In this document: one piece after another, positions 13,362 to 27,290 of the stretch
Layout of the letters: each line of letters begins with the position of its first letter
Numbering within the stretch: position 1 is the stretch's first letter
Source of the DNA: Dimorphilus gyrociliatus
Taxonomy: Eukaryota; Animalia; Annelida
Reading direction: 5' to 3'
Assembly (NCBI GenBank): GCA_904063045.1
Contig: CAJFCJ010000009.1
Span: 1,364,968-1,428,967, forward strand
DNA length: 64,000 nt
Position numbers and translations under genes: made by a program
Notes under the pieces: generated by a model
The model's input: only the letters and a program-made list of their open reading frames with translations
Database searches by the model: none
Told to the model about the DNA's origin: nothing

Positions 13362-16300
13362 ATGGAAGAGAAGAACAATTCTGTTTTTAACCTTTCCTTT
13401 TTAAGTACCGGTGATGGAACTCCCCACCAAGGCAAAGAATTGAAAACGGCTATAGGCTTTTCGCCTGTGACTGAATTAGCATTGAGCTTTAAAGATATGT
13501 CGGCCAGGTATAGAAATTCGTTTGATACGGTCTAGTCTTACGTGTGTAGTTGCCTATTGACATCAAATGTATTTAAAAATTGGGATCAAGTAATTATATG
13601 AACAAAGTCGTTAATTGAGAAGCATTGGTCAATTTACGTTCGGAGCTAATTAAACGCCTATAAAAAAAATCTCATCGGGGTCAATGGCTTAATTGCTACC
13701 AATTCGGGCCATCGAACAATCTCGGGGCATTGTTCATTCCCACATTGGAAAAAAATGTACTTTCGAATTGCGTACGGAGAGAGTTGATTGGTGGGGAATA
13801 CTTCGAACTGACCTACATACAAGCCTGCTAAGTCGGAAAGTTCTTTTTATAGCATAAGGGGAATTTTCGCTGGTGAATCGACCTTATCGCGTGAGGGTCT
13901 TTGACACATTAGCGGGTAAATTTAAAAATATCGAATTTAGGCCTATACCAGGCACATCAAATATTTACCATGTCTGACCCACATGATAAATGTGCACACT
14001 GCTAATGGTGATGAATGGCGGTCGTTTTCGAACTTTGTAGCTATTTTTGAACACCTGCGGTCGACTACCGTATTAGTAGAATACAAAAACGCACTAGATA
14101 AATATACGTTATATAGCGTCGCTTTATTGCTAACCGATAACTGCATAGGCCAATTATGAATTTAAGAGACGGAAACCCTCTCTGTTTACCAATACTATTC
14201 ATTCAATTGTTCTGATTGTTTATTCGAAACGAAATTATAGTTGTGATTATTTACGAAACAGGAAGTGAAAGTGTTAGGAGGACCTAAGTGATGTAACGCC
14301 TTTGTTAAAAATAAGACGAGTTTTTCTAAAACTTTCTAATTACTGCGGGTTTTTATTCGCATATGAACGTCGCAGATCTCGTATCTATTTCAAAGCGTCT
14401 ACCGACGACGTTCTAATTACTAACCATATACCCGCTGATTTATTAGCATTGTGATAAGCCCTTATCAGAGCAGATGCGACGGTATATTAGTACAACTGTG
14501 AATGCTTTGTTTGTCCCTATGTAGTTTGTAACGGTCGTTTCTATAGCGACACACCGGCAGATGCGGGATGTTTGTAATCGCAACACCTGCGTAATTGAGC
14601 CCCACCGCTATCTTTATATTCAATTGACTTGTATGGACCATTTGAACATTATTTTGTTGACAGTTCCGGAAGTTCGTACGAGGAGACGCCTGTTAGAAAG
14701 CTATGTTTGAATGATACTAACACACCACCAAGTACGGGTTTACGCAGAACGAAGAGCAGTACTTTTGGAAATAATGACGGTAAGTGTGACGTCACAACTG
14801 AAAAACGACCTACTGCCGCTGGGAAGCGTTACTCTTCAAACGGCCCTGTTTGGCTATCGCACCTGTTTTTTTTAAGGGCAGCTTGTATTATATGTACATT
14901 CGGGGCTGACGGTATGTTTGATAATGCCGTTCATTAACCAGGGTTTTCGGCTACCGTCTATTCATGTTGATGACGTCATAGAGTGTAATTGATATAATGT
15001 GAACATTTAAAGTTAACCAACTTGCTAATTAATACGTATATTTCGCAGGTGACGGCGAGCTTGGGGAGTTGAAAGGGTGAGTAAAAAAACATCGCCATGT
15101 AGTTTATCACCTTCGGGCTTTTCTGTGTTTGTCTAATCTTTTTGGGTCATTTGGGGAGGGGTGGCGAGAGTGTAATGCCTGTAATAGATAGTATAACGTT
15201 GCAGACGTATTCGAAAAGACGCTTACGCGGCGTTACCTCACAAGTAGGGCGTTGATTGGCTGGCGCATAGCCAAAAAAATTTTCCCTGACCCAAATTCTA
15301 TAGGGCGTTAGAGGCGTTACTCTCACCACTCGACGCCCTCCCTGTGTCGTTTTGAATACGTGCTTGTTGTTTGCATTCGCCTAAACAGAATCTATTCGCA
15401 CCGTTTCAAGGAGCAATTCGCGTCACTCTCCTTAAGGTCTTATTTTATTTTCTTTTATATGATAGGCTTAAAGTACAGTAACGACCGAACCCATTTTCTT
15501 TTCCCTCTCTGTCTTTTTATTTTTTGAAAGTGGCAAACTTTCCCCCAACGACTAAAGCTGGCTTTCTTAAAATTCGTCTTCAATTGTGTTCCCCTACTAT
15601 AAAATGTGCATGTGTTTTGACGCTTTTCCGCAAGCACCATGTGTCGCGAGCTACTGCACCTGCCGCTTGCAAGAACAGCTGCAAAGTTCCTCTGGTTCCA
15701 ATGCTATTTGTTAGGTCTATAGTGGCACGCTTCGCTATTATTTGCGAGAAATAAAAGGGGCGCCTTTTCTAATCGCCTATACACAAGGTAGGTGCAGGTG
15801 GAATGTTGATAATTATGTAGAAAGGATTAGGCAAACTTAGGGCCAGCAGTCGGCAAGCTTTCCAAATCTATGTAATCAGGCGGCGCCGAAAGTTTGCAAG
15901 CGATCCGCTTTTTGTTTCAAACGAAGCATTTCGGCGCCCACATCTTGCGTAATTATTAGTCGTTGGAAGGAAGCATTCGAAATTTAAATTGTCAAATAAC
16001 TATGAAACTGAGAAGGGCATTGTTTTGTGTGGGGCGGGTTGGCGCCGACAGTTACCTTTCACCGAAAACGTCTCTCTAATACTTTGGACATATGTCAAAT
16101 CTTCAATGTCAGCTTATACAACTATTAGAATTTGTATATTCGATGTATTCTCTTTAATAATTGTTAATTGCCAATCGTCCCGTCGAGGTTGATGAGTATA
16201 GCATTCAAGTCAAACTTGAGATTATCTTGTCCAATGTGTTAGCCCTATTTTAGGGCCAGCTCGACGCTGATTGGTCCAGGGGGCGTCGGTTACCTAGACA

Positions 16301-18427
16301 ACAAACGGCTCCGTCGCTTTCGAGTCAGACGGCGAGAGAGCAGCAAAGCGTATGGATTGTTCATCTAGTCACCATCAGTCGTCTTACGATATGCATCATT
16401 TACAAAACCTCATCGATGATTTCTTTCAGGATATTTCCCCTTTAAGTGACGCTAGCTTTCCGTAAGTTAAAACCCCCACTTTTATGGCAAGCAATTTAGT
16501 CGTTTCAATGTCAAGCGTAATACGAGTCGGTTCGGATAGAAAGTAGAAAGTAGGAAGTAAGGTGATTTGCATATTTTTAATTTTGGTCTTTTTCTTTTTT
16601 GCAACGTTTAGTTCCTCGTTTCAAAGAACGAAATCAATGCCTGTTGTAAGTATTACTTTTCAATCAAGCGTTCATATGACGTAATGGGCGCTCATTTATC
16701 AAGATACAGCTAATTACAGGCTTTACTTACTTTTTTGACATTTAATAGAATCCGTCCTCTTCATTCCTTCACGCACCTTCGCCCTTCAACACAACTGCGG
16801 AGGATAGCGATTCGAGTAAAAAGCATTCAGACGAAGAGTATTCGCCGCCTCGTTTTCCTGCTCTCGACGACTCATCAGAATCGCAATCGTCACCAGAACA
16901 GCTACCTTCTTCATCGGCTCTACCTATGGACGACGGTGAATCAAGAGATAGTGGCATTTCTGAAAACTTTCAAATAACTTCTTCTGCCTCATTCATACCA
17001 TCTTATCCTTTTAAACAACTTGATAGCCGTAAGCCTTTCAGTGACCGTACAAACTTTAGGAGATCTACTTCAACTCCACTCTCTTCTTTGACAAATCGTT
17101 TTAAATCGAGAAGCCTTTCTGTCACCGTAAGTTTATATTTAACATTTAATTTAACATTTTTAAAAAACGTCTCCAATTAATCGTGCTTTATCAGTCTGCC
17201 GATAAGACATCGTGTCAAAATTCGCCCGCACGAACCGAACAAATGGATGATGGTTTCGTTGATCTCATGGAACAACAAAATGCTATGCTTACTTCTTTTG
17301 AGGTATTATTATTAAACAACTTGAGTAAGGGCTTTTGTAATAAAAACATGTATCGGCTTCTATAGATGTCGGCCTCAGAAGGTATTCAGGAACTTATGAA
17401 TTCCAGCCAATTACCTCTACCGCATTCCGTACATGACAAGGAGAATACGCCATGTTCTCGCTTTGAACGTTGTTCAACTAGACGCATTCCGTATAAGCGC
17501 TACAAGACTTTCGATGTTAATCGCCCCTTGCCAAAATTGCCAATTGCATCGAAGCGCGAAAGCGAGGGTCAAATGTCTGAATCAAAAAGAAGAAAAAGTA
17601 TAACTGAAGAAAGCCCTAAGAAGACTTTCCAACGGAAAACTCCACCATTTATCTTGCATAGATCTCTTTCTGAACCAGAGTGCAATTTGCTATGCAAGGC
17701 GCTAGATAACGAGCAGCATTTGGTTGGTGATTATACGAGACCCCCAACTCTTCCAATCGTACCTGGTAAACACCAGCTGAAGTCTGTTTCTTGCGAAACA
17801 GTCGCCAAGTTAGTTAATGGCGATTTGGGAGACATAAAATATGACATAATCGATTGTCGATACCCTTATGAATATGATGGAGGGCATATCAATGGCTCGT
17901 TGAACTTGTTTTTGAGACAACAAATTCAGGCAGAGTTATTTGATAGGATATTGAGTGGCGATATGTCTGAGAAGGTGTTAATCTTCCATTGTGAATTTAG
18001 CTCCGAGAGGGGACCAAAATTGTTTGTATAAAATATTTGACCTATGTATAAAATTAATTTGCTAACTCAATTTTTAGAGCGAAACACACGCGCGAAATGG
18101 ACCGTAGTCAAAATCACTACCCACGCCTACATTATCCGGAAATCTATATTATGGACGGCGGTTATAAGGAATTCTACGAAGTTGCAAAGGTGGCGCCTCT
18201 ATCTTTAAAAAAGCGTTTAAATTCTTTAACGGTTTTCGCAATTTTTCCGACAGGATCTCTGTTTACCGCGTAGCTATGTCCCAATGCTACACCCAGATAG
18301 AAGTGACGATCTAAAATACTTCCGAGCACGAGCTAAGTCCGAAAACGATGATAAAGAATTTGCGAAGAAATCTAAGAGAGGAGGTTTGAAGAGGCAAAAG
18401 TCTTCCTGCCGTAAACTGATTAGTTGA
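13362..18427 (+). CDS. CDC25: CDC25/String M-phase inducer phosphatase
   Basis: Exons 13362-13507 (FSPVTELA), 14664-14779 (ETPVRKL), 15049-15076, 16612-16645 (RTKSMP), 16749-17126 (DSGISE), 17195-17302 (DDGFVDL), 17366-18021, 18078-18189, 18254-18427; all phases compatible. Rhodanese domain with [15 protein letters not shown] and catalytic [11 protein letters not shown]. Confidence 0.93.
16165..16461 (+). promoter_or_regulatory. CDC25: Putative internal promoter and alternative first coding exon (16352-16461) of CDC25
   Basis: CCAAT boxes at 16171, 16231 and 16270 (reverse). ATG 16352 opens [37 protein letters not shown] ending CC|gtaagt, phase 2, matching acceptor 16612. In-frame TAG at 16295 argues against an internal exon. 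Confidence 0.65.
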
Positions 18428-18856
18428 GCGGTCACACCAGCTGTTTCTTCCGTTTTTGGCTTTTTTTATTCATCGACTTGTGTTCGATGTTTTTTTAACT
18501 TTTTTTCACCTTGTTATTTTAATTGTTCTTCGTTGCTTTGTCTTTCGGCGTGCGTGCAAAGTCTAGTGTAAAAATTTTTTTCGAAATCGATTATGAATTG
18601 GTCGAAATCTATTTATTGAATTAATTGTTGGCGAATTTAAAAGAAAAATTATAGAATTGTGTGCTTATTCGCGGATGTTTGTTGCATTATCGAGTGAAAT
18701 ATGAACAGTTCTTGGTACAATAAAAATGTAATTTGTCCTACGAGTTAAAGAACAGAATACAGAAAGTAAACGTAAACAGGAAATAGTTAAAATGATACAA
18801 TTTCCGCTCTTTATTTCTCTGGTGTAGGCGCCTTTTTCTGTTTTGTCGTTTTGAAT

Positions 18857-21166
18857 CTAAGCAGGAGGTAATAGATAATAAAAAGTCATGTTTTTAAAGT
18901 TCGATAAGTGTTGAATATTAATTAGCTTCTTAATCTTACCCCTGTTGTTAAGTCTTATCTTACGGCCGTTTTTCCGAAACGATAACGAATCTGACATTCT
19001 GCGACCCCTATCAACTCTAAAATCTTGTTTTTCATCGGGTCTGTCGTCTTTTACTTTCTTGTCCATCACAAAATCTGGATCAAAAGTCTCACAATGAGGT
19101 AAATTTATGTACTCATCAAGGCGACAAGCCCTCTTTTCTGTCTGCTCTGTGCGGTTTGTTCTTTCGGTCATTTTACCATCTTCACAAAAATACCCCTCGG
19201 TGCATTTCCTGTACCGAACTTGGATGGGCGTCTTACCGCCTGTAGGCCTACATTTTATCGTGCACGTCCAAACACTCCATTCACCCCAAGGCCAATTGGG
19301 AGGTCTTTCCCTTGGTCGGTCGCACCTCTCCCCTTCCCATTCGGCATTACAAGAACATCTAAAAGAACCTACGGTATTAATACACTTAGCCCGCCCGGAT
19401 TGAACACCGCATGGATCTTCTAAACCTTCTGCACATTCGTCTACATCTCGACAGGACGTTCGTATAACGGCGCTAAATATTTCCTCATAACCTTTCGGGC
19501 AATCGCACCTGTAGCCCGCTTCTCTATCCGCGTCCCACCGACAATATAGCCTACCCCCACATAATTCAGCTGTGCCGTTGTAGTCACAAGGGTTCCAGAC
19601 GTCCTGACATTTGTCACCAGTGAAAGGTCGTAGACAAGCGCAGCTAAATGACAAAGCCTTGTTTGGATCTTTTAATTCAATGCAAGTTCCACCGTTTTCA
19701 CATTGGGTAATACCTTTTTGGCAAGGGTCGCCCACTTTTTCGCAGGCTTTCTTAATGGGATTCCAAGTGAAACCCGCCTTACAAAAACACTGCGGATGAG
19801 ATTAAAAATCAATTAATTCTCGGTCATTAAATCTTAGTTGTAATTTAATAAAAAAGCAATTAGATAAGAATTGTGAATCTCATCCCGTGTAAGACTTTCG
19901 GAACCTAAAGTTGTATTTTTGGTCACGTAATAATCTAGTATATAATTTATGTAACTTCCGCTGCTTGGCATCACGAATTTCCGGAAGCTCTGAATAAAAT
20001 GGGACTGAAGTATTGTAAAATGAAATACAAGGCTGAAATCTTGAAATTCCTGGGCCATCGCAACTTTTTGGGTTATTACATGGATCGGGGCAATTCCGGT
20101 GCATATCTCTCCCCAACATGCACCAATGATAGCGTAATATGAGTGACATAAATTCGTCCTTGTGATAACCTTCCCTTAAGAACTCTGGCGGTCTCGCATC
20201 TTTTAAGGTATTGTTAGAAGAGAAGATTTCAATCTCTAAATAACGACTATATATACATAAAAAAATGCTTAGAATGTCCTCTCTTCCTACAATTTTCATC
20301 TTTGACACCCTCTTCAACAATTTCTAAAATTTCATGGTCCTTCAAGTCCAGGGCGTTACTCTCACAAGAGAAGAGTGATAAAGGCTCTTCCCCGTAAGCT
20401 TTTTTCAATTTGCATACGTCAAAACTATATTCAGAATTTGTCCCGAATACGGTTGAATAGACATAACCAAAAACTTTTTTTTACCACGTTTTTTTAATAT
20501 TAAATCTTATTAATGAATGGGTAACGGAATCCACCGTAGCGTTTAGCTTATAGATGGCGTCTTTTTTTTCCTTTTAACATGACTTTTTATGAGGCCCCCA
20601 TTTACGTTTCCCCTACTAATTCCTTTCTCTCTGTCTCTGTCATACCTCCTGCCCCCCTAACGCCCTTGCTTCCCTCTTTCCCCCCCCCACCCTCGCTCTC
20701 CCCATTCTGTTTCTCTTCGTCTCATATATACCGACCTTAATAGGTTATATAGACATTTAAATTTATAGTGTTTTTTTTTAAATGTGGTAAAAAAATATAT
20801 ACGATCGCTAAAATAATAGTTTGGTATTCCTATGAACTGAAAATTATAGTAGTGATCCTTTCCCGCGGAAAATCTTCTCTTATCATCCTTTTTATCCCAT
20901 AAAGCTGTATTCATATTTATTTTAACTTGACCGAACCACGCATCTTTAAAAACAGTCTTAATTTCTCGAAGTTCAAGCACCCTGAATGATCCTTCGTCCT
21001 CTTCGGGATAATCTATTATTATTGGAGGGCCTAGGTTGTTGGATTTCTTTAAGAATCTAGGGTTTCTTTGTTGTAGAAATGTTTTTGCCTGTTTTTCCCC
21101 AAGGAATTGTGGTTCTACCCAATATAAACAAGTTAATAACCAAGCAAACCGCCAAATTGTCAACAT
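18857..21166 (-). CDS. Secreted protein with EGF/cbEGF repeats and a TSP1-like domain
   Basis: Signal peptide MLTIWRFAWLLTCLYWVEP. Probable exons 21166-20736, 20424-20309, ~20237-19900, 19789-~18965. About 4 EGF modules including cbEGF (DVDECAEG...CINTVGSFRCSC), then WPWGEWSVWTCTIKC...VRYRKC. Some junctions unresolved. Confidence 0.75.
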
Positions 21167-21358
21167 GGTCGTTACGTTGGAAAAGTGAAAAAACAGACCG
21201 TTCGTATTTCAAATTGTAGGCTAAATTAACGCGGGAGTATTGATAACGAGACCGGAAACATAACCGTGGCAGTGGCTTTTTTCACCGTGGTTTTTAAATT
21301 CGTACACGAACAATTTGAGAAATTTTGACTATTATCACTCAAGAGATCAATCGTTAAC

Positions 21359-23353
21359 ATGCAATTGTCCGGTAGTTATTTTTTAAAGATGCCTCTAATC
21401 CATATATTAATTTCAAGAGGATGATTACAATTATAATCTTCGTAAATGTTGTTTTTATTTTGAAACAACAGGATTATGTGTTCTAGAGTTTATAAGATGA
21501 AATCGAAGAGTGTTACACCAACTAATACAGATTAAATAAATTTTTTATTTAGGTCAAAGGCAAAGGAAACAAGTACCTAATCATGGCTCGTTTCAAGACC
21601 CAAATATAATGGATACAAGCGCTCCTCCCCAAATGTCAAACTATGGCAATATGTGTAACCCATATCCGACACCTCCACCACAACAACAACCGCAACATTA
21701 CCAACAGCCAAGTGGAAATTCATTTTATAATCAAGGTAATAATGAAAAGAGAAAGGGGAACTAACTAGCTAGGAGTATTTAACTTTATATAGAACCGTAA
21801 ACAAAATTATTTTTATACTATTTCAGAAGAGACTTATAATATGAATGTTCAAGAAGGTATATAGATTAAGAGCATATATTTATTTGTCGATCAATTAATA
21901 ATCAACCTTATACAATACTTTGATTTGAAATGTTTTATTTACTGACTTTTTAACAAACTTTTGCTAAGTGAAGGCGTGGTTGGCGGTTGGGCTATTTTCA
22001 ACAAAGCCTCTATCAAACAAACAAAATATAAACTAGAAAATAAATAGTCTTTTATCTCCCTTTCAAGATATGTCAATGATCTATCCATCACAACAACAAC
22101 AGTCGCAACAACAAGTATTTCCAGGACAGCAATTCGTATCAGATCCAGTAGTTGCTAATGTTGCTATGCAATACGGTTCGCAGTTGGCTGATCAAGGCAA
22201 ACAATATGTTCATGGTCAAGTAAGCTTTATTCGATTTTCGAAAAAAATTCAATATATTACGCAAAAAAAATTCATTTTTAATAGTTAGAAAAGTACTTTG
22301 TTCTTGGAAAACTGCAATATTATTTTGCTGTTGACACTGCATACGTTCTTAAAAAGCTTGGATTGTTGATATTCCCTTTTGCACATAAAGTAAGTGTAAA
22401 TAATTGATTATAATTTAGTTTTCATTATTATAAATAAATAATAATGATGAAATAATATTGCTGATTTAACAAAACTTTGATTACTCTTTAGGACTGGCTT
22501 CGTAAGACAAGTCAAAACGAAAAGGGAGAGGAAACTAAAGCACCGCCTCGTTTAGACGTCAATGCTCCTGATTTATATATTCCAAGTAATTGAATGAACG
22601 AACACTAAAAGCGTTTATCTATTTCTTTTCTTTTCTATTTACCTTTATAGCGATGGCATTCGTTACGTATATACTTTTAGCCGGATTTGCATTAGGAACA
22701 AAAAACAAGTTAGTTGACTAATAATTCCGTTACTTAATTCAGTTATCTCTTTCAAATTACATACTTATAAATATATATTATAAAATTTCCACTAGATTCA
22801 CGCCAGAGGATTTAGGAGTTACAGCTAGTACTGCAGTTGTGTGGTTATCTATTGAGATACTCTTATTACTATTTATAACTTATTTATTACACGTCTCTAC
22901 AAGGCTTAGTTATCTTGATTTGTTTTCTTATTGTGGATATAAATATTTCGGGTAAACTATAAAAACAAAGAACATATCTACCTCTACGTACGTGTATTAT
23001 ATACTTTTAAACGTTTTGATCATTTTTACAGAATGTTAGTAGTCATAATATTTGGGCTTTTGTTGGATTCAACCGGATATTACGGTGCATTGTTATACAC
23101 AGGCACTACTTTAGTATTCTTTTTGGTAAATAGCATTTTAAAGATTCATTATTTATTCAAATTAATTTATTTGAGAAATTAAATTTAATCTTTTTCTTTT
23201 TTTTCCCTTCTCTCTATCTCTATCTCTCTCAAGGTGAGAGCCTTGAAATTTGATATCTCTGGAAGAGAAAGGAGAAGTTCGTTATACGTTTTATTCGTTA
23301 TCGCTCTCTCCCAGCCAGTCTTTACTTGGTGGCTTACAAGACATTTAGTTTAA
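21359..23353 (+). CDS. YIF1: YIF1 ER-Golgi membrane protein (YIF1A/B)
   Basis: About 10 short exons. Motifs [66 protein letters not shown]-terminal [13 protein letters not shown]. Start exon (ATG 21359) is tentative; exon 21553-21735 is firm. Confidence 0.9.
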
Positions 23354-23952
23354 AAAATGTATTGGCTTATTTATATATGTTTCTTTCCCGTGTATAAATA
23401 TAATGAATAAAGAAAAAGAAATATCGATCCTTTTAAATATAAGAATTTAAGAAAGCGTGGCAATAAATAAATGATATTCTTAATATAAAGAGGAAAGAAG
23501 TCAAGAAACAATACAAAGTATCCTATAGATGTCGCTTAATAAACTATAAATATTTTATTTATCATTTTTCTTGTATATAGTTTAATTATGTTTCCTTAAG
23601 ATATTCATAGCTAACGATGTATTCATTCATTTTCAAGCATTTGTGTGAAAAATTTGCATAATATACTACAACATTTACATTGAAAAAAAAAGATAAACAA
23701 ATATAAATTTATACATGTATCATTTTTTTTGTCGCTGCTGATATTTTTCAGTGTTTTTTCTATTAAAAAAGATGAAACTAACAAAAATAATGATCAAAAT
23801 AAGTACAAATGTACAATTTACAATGTACTTTTTTTTTATATGTTATATCTACAGTACATTCGATAGTGTATAAATAGATATTATACAGAGTATGTAATAA
23901 TATGATAAATTTATTGCATGATGTAAAATGGAAACAAAAATTGAGAGGAGAA

Positions 23953-26900
23953 TCATTTAAGAAGTTTGTTAGCCCTTTTATTCGCATCTGAAATGCGAGC
24001 GTAATTCGAAGAACCCTGCAACGTAAAACGATTAAATATCGACTTAACTGGAAGGAGATTAAAAAGTACAGTAATATATAGTATATACATATATTTATTT
24101 AAATAAAATTTCTACGTTTGTGCTATATATAATGGAATAATAGCGAATTTACTAATGCTATTAATCCTAATTTTCTCAATTTTAAAGATAAATACAATAG
24201 AAGATGGATTAGGATAGCTCTTCTCATTTTTTTTTTTACCTTTTGATTAATTCTATCAATTTGCTTATTCTGTGATTCCAATTCGCTGCCCATATCGACG
24301 GCCATATTCCTAAGATTGCTAATCATTCCACTCACTTCCATCATATTTTGTTCCATTTCGTCCTCGCGAGCATCGTTTGTGATTCGTGTGATGAAATTAC
24401 CGGTCATTTCAGCACCCCCATCTCCCACTATTACTCTTGGACCATTCGTGTTGACCTAGACGGATATTTGAATTACGTGACTTGGAAATAGCGTCTAAAA
24501 AAATGTGACTGATCGCTCATAGGCTTCTCCCAACCCTCATGCGCTAGCCCTTCATCGGAATGCGTTTATAATCTAATCTCTCTTACTCTCCCATTAAGGA
24601 GAAGAATAGAGAAGAAAGAACTAAAGGATGAATGTTATAAATTTATACAAATCAACTGCAAGCGTAAAAGAGGAGTATTGAATTATTTATTTTCCATTTT
24701 CCTGCTCGGCGTTTAATTGAAAATTAATGAGGCTTCCGTTCATTTTTACCTAAACTAACATCTCATAGAATCCTAAGCTTTTAATAAGAAATAGTTACAA
24801 CAATTTCAAAATGAGAGAAAATGGCCTAGTTGTTTAGAGGATAAGGAGGCGGGAGAGAAAATGTGGGCGGTAATAGGAGGGAATACTATAGAGATAAAAT
24901 GGGACAGTAAGAGAGAAAGAGAAAGCGAAAGGGAGAGAGAGAGAGAGAGAGAGAGAGATGGAATGGTATAAGGGAGGGAGGGGCAACGGGGACGGAACGG
25001 AACGGAAAACGACAACTAAAAAAAAATCAATGTAAAGACAATTTAAGCCTTTTGTATTGAAACCGTTTTAGCTCATATTTTTTCATCAAACGAATTAAAG
25101 AGGAAAGAAAGAGAGAATACAAAATTTTTGCAGGTCCTTTTTCCTTTTTTTTTGTTTAATATCCAGTTTACTATTTACAGTATTGGTTTACCAAGAACGT
25201 GACTATAGTTCTTTTTTAAGGTTGTTATAAACGCCTTCTACGTTGGCAATTAGCTTTGGAAATGATACTAAACAATAATAAATTGCATTCTAGGGTATAA
25301 AAGTGTATCGGAAATAAAAAATGACGTATTTGCTAATATTTCTCTTATATCTTATTTCTTTTATTTTTACCTGCTACATTTTCAATTATATAAGGGTATT
25401 TATTAAACTATTGACAGAATTCTACATGATTTAACCGTTTTAAAGGCCGAGAAGCGTGTAAATAAGGGAATTACTCCTATAATTGTTGACTTTCGAGTCG
25501 GTAGGTATCGCTATTACAGTTACTCTTTTTCTTTTGATACATTGAAACCAAGACCTATATCCTCCATCTTTCTTAGAGCTTTCCTAACAGTTTTCTATTT
25601 GCCCACTCCATTGCGTAAATTATGATATATACTGGCTGATATTCAAAAGATAAAATGGTTCCCTTAGCTAGTTTTAGATGGGCGTCGGCTCTTAAAAATT
25701 TGCAAATTTTCCTACATTAAACCACTTTGATATTCAACTCTTGCCGACCGCATTATGCAAAGTCTCTCTCCAACCTTTCTACTTTCCGCCTCCAAAATAC
25801 TCCTACACATCCGGTTTGAATAGAATAGTAAATGGTGCAAAGACGTATGGACATGTTTTATTTATTATGCATGTAGAAAAAGAGCAAAAAAAACATCCTA
25901 CCTACTCCCAACAACCGCCCCTCCCTTCTTTCTTTCTATATACTGCTCTTTCTATTCGACCTAATCATCTTTTCTCTCCTGTTTTTAACGATTGTCTAAT
26001 GTTGTATGTATAGCATAAGTTATTAATTATGACAACATTTTGACTAAGGAAAGTATTGATAATGAATTATTTATACAAAATGATTACGTCATGTCGTCAA
26101 TTTTTATTTCTATCACCTTGTTCATTCTAACTATCTCTTTATGCCTCTCTTAATAGATTAAATTTAAATGAATTACCATGTCGTTCTTGCACGCTTCCGA
26201 TCGATTGGTGGAGTAAAAAAAGCTAAAGCCTACATCACCCCCGGGACCATCCCTTGGGTTCCATGCATATAATTAACTCTATTACCTGGCCGTCTTCGTT
26301 AGCTTTCCATGTATTGTTATAATCCGATCCTCTTTCGAAATTTTTCGCTCTTTTCCACGGTAGAACACATAGACCGCAACATTTTTCCATACCCTCGAGG
26401 TTCTTTTCCGCGTCGCGCATATCGACGTTGATTTGATCCATTCCTTCTTCGATGTGTTCCAATTGTTCTAAGATAAAGAGACACGAATTTGTTTTGTTTC
26501 CTTTTTTTAAGATACTTATTAAATATTCATTTGGAGCGTCACACTTTCTCTCTAATACAATTTCTCAATCGGTTCAGCTTGTCGTCAATAGGCCCGTGCA
26601 TATCGTTTCTTGTTTAATTATGTTGAATAATTCATAATTTATTTACCTCCTTGTTCGTCGAGCATAACGAGTGTTCGGATACCGGCGTCTTTGCTCTTGA
26701 TGTTAGAAGATTAAAAGATTAATTGGGTCAAACTATAATATAGATTATCCGAACCTCTTCGCACATTTCCAGTATGCGTTTCGTGCTCTCCAGCGACTGA
26801 AAAATTATTCAAAAGAAACCGGAAGTTAGGTTTGTGTATGAAAAATAAAAGAAACGAGCTATTTGAATTAGGAAGATAAATAGAACCTGCTGAGTTCCAT

Positions 26901-27021
26901 AATGGATGTCGAGTTGTAGTTGTTCAGCTTCCGTTGGAGTTCGAGGTTTCTCTCTCTCCTCAGCTTCAGCATTCTGTGGCCTATCATTGCCAGTCATTCC
27001 AACTGCATTGTTCGCCGTCAA
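23953..27021 (-). CDS. SNAP25: Synaptosomal-associated protein 25 (Qbc SNARE)
   Basis: Exons 27021-26887, 26796-26755, 26695-26647, 26467-26286, 24455-24240, 24015-23953 (228 aa). [33 protein letters not shown], Cys cluster [44 protein letters not shown]. Confidence 0.96.
24933..24958. repeat. (GA)n microsatellite in SNAP-25 intron
   Basis: 13 perfect GA units in a purine-rich tract. Confidence 0.9.
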
Positions 27022-27253
27022 CTGCAGCGCAATTGCAGTCGTTTCACTCTATATAACTACGCGCCGTTAGATCAATCGATATTGAGAGCGTCCCGCGCCG
27101 CCGACTGATCGAGTGCGAAAATCACCGAAAGCGTTTCTTTTGACGTCTCTGAGCGTTGCAGACAAACAGAGCAAATAGAAGAATTGTTAGAAGACGAGTA
27201 GAAATATTGCAGAAAGAGAAGTAAATAGAAGTAGAATCAGCTAGAAGATACAA

Positions 27254-27255
<2 letters not shown>

Positions 27256-27286
<31 letters not shown>
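27256..27286. repeat. (GA)n microsatellite upstream of SNAP-25 first coding exon
   Basis: About 15 AG units; on the minus strand part of a long pyrimidine tract before the candidate acceptor at 27149. Confidence 0.9.

Positions 27287-27290
<4 letters not shown>

Noticed and set aside
21583-21609. ATG 21583 as the YIF1 start
   Set aside because: It reads MARFKTQI* and is out of frame with the YIF1 exon.
25520-25600. Minus-strand frame [24 protein letters not shown] in the SNAP-25 intron, loosely like [13 protein letters not shown] (possible a/b-type duplicated exon)
   Set aside because: No polypyrimidine tract, flanked by stops, lacks the Cys cluster, wrong position and phase.
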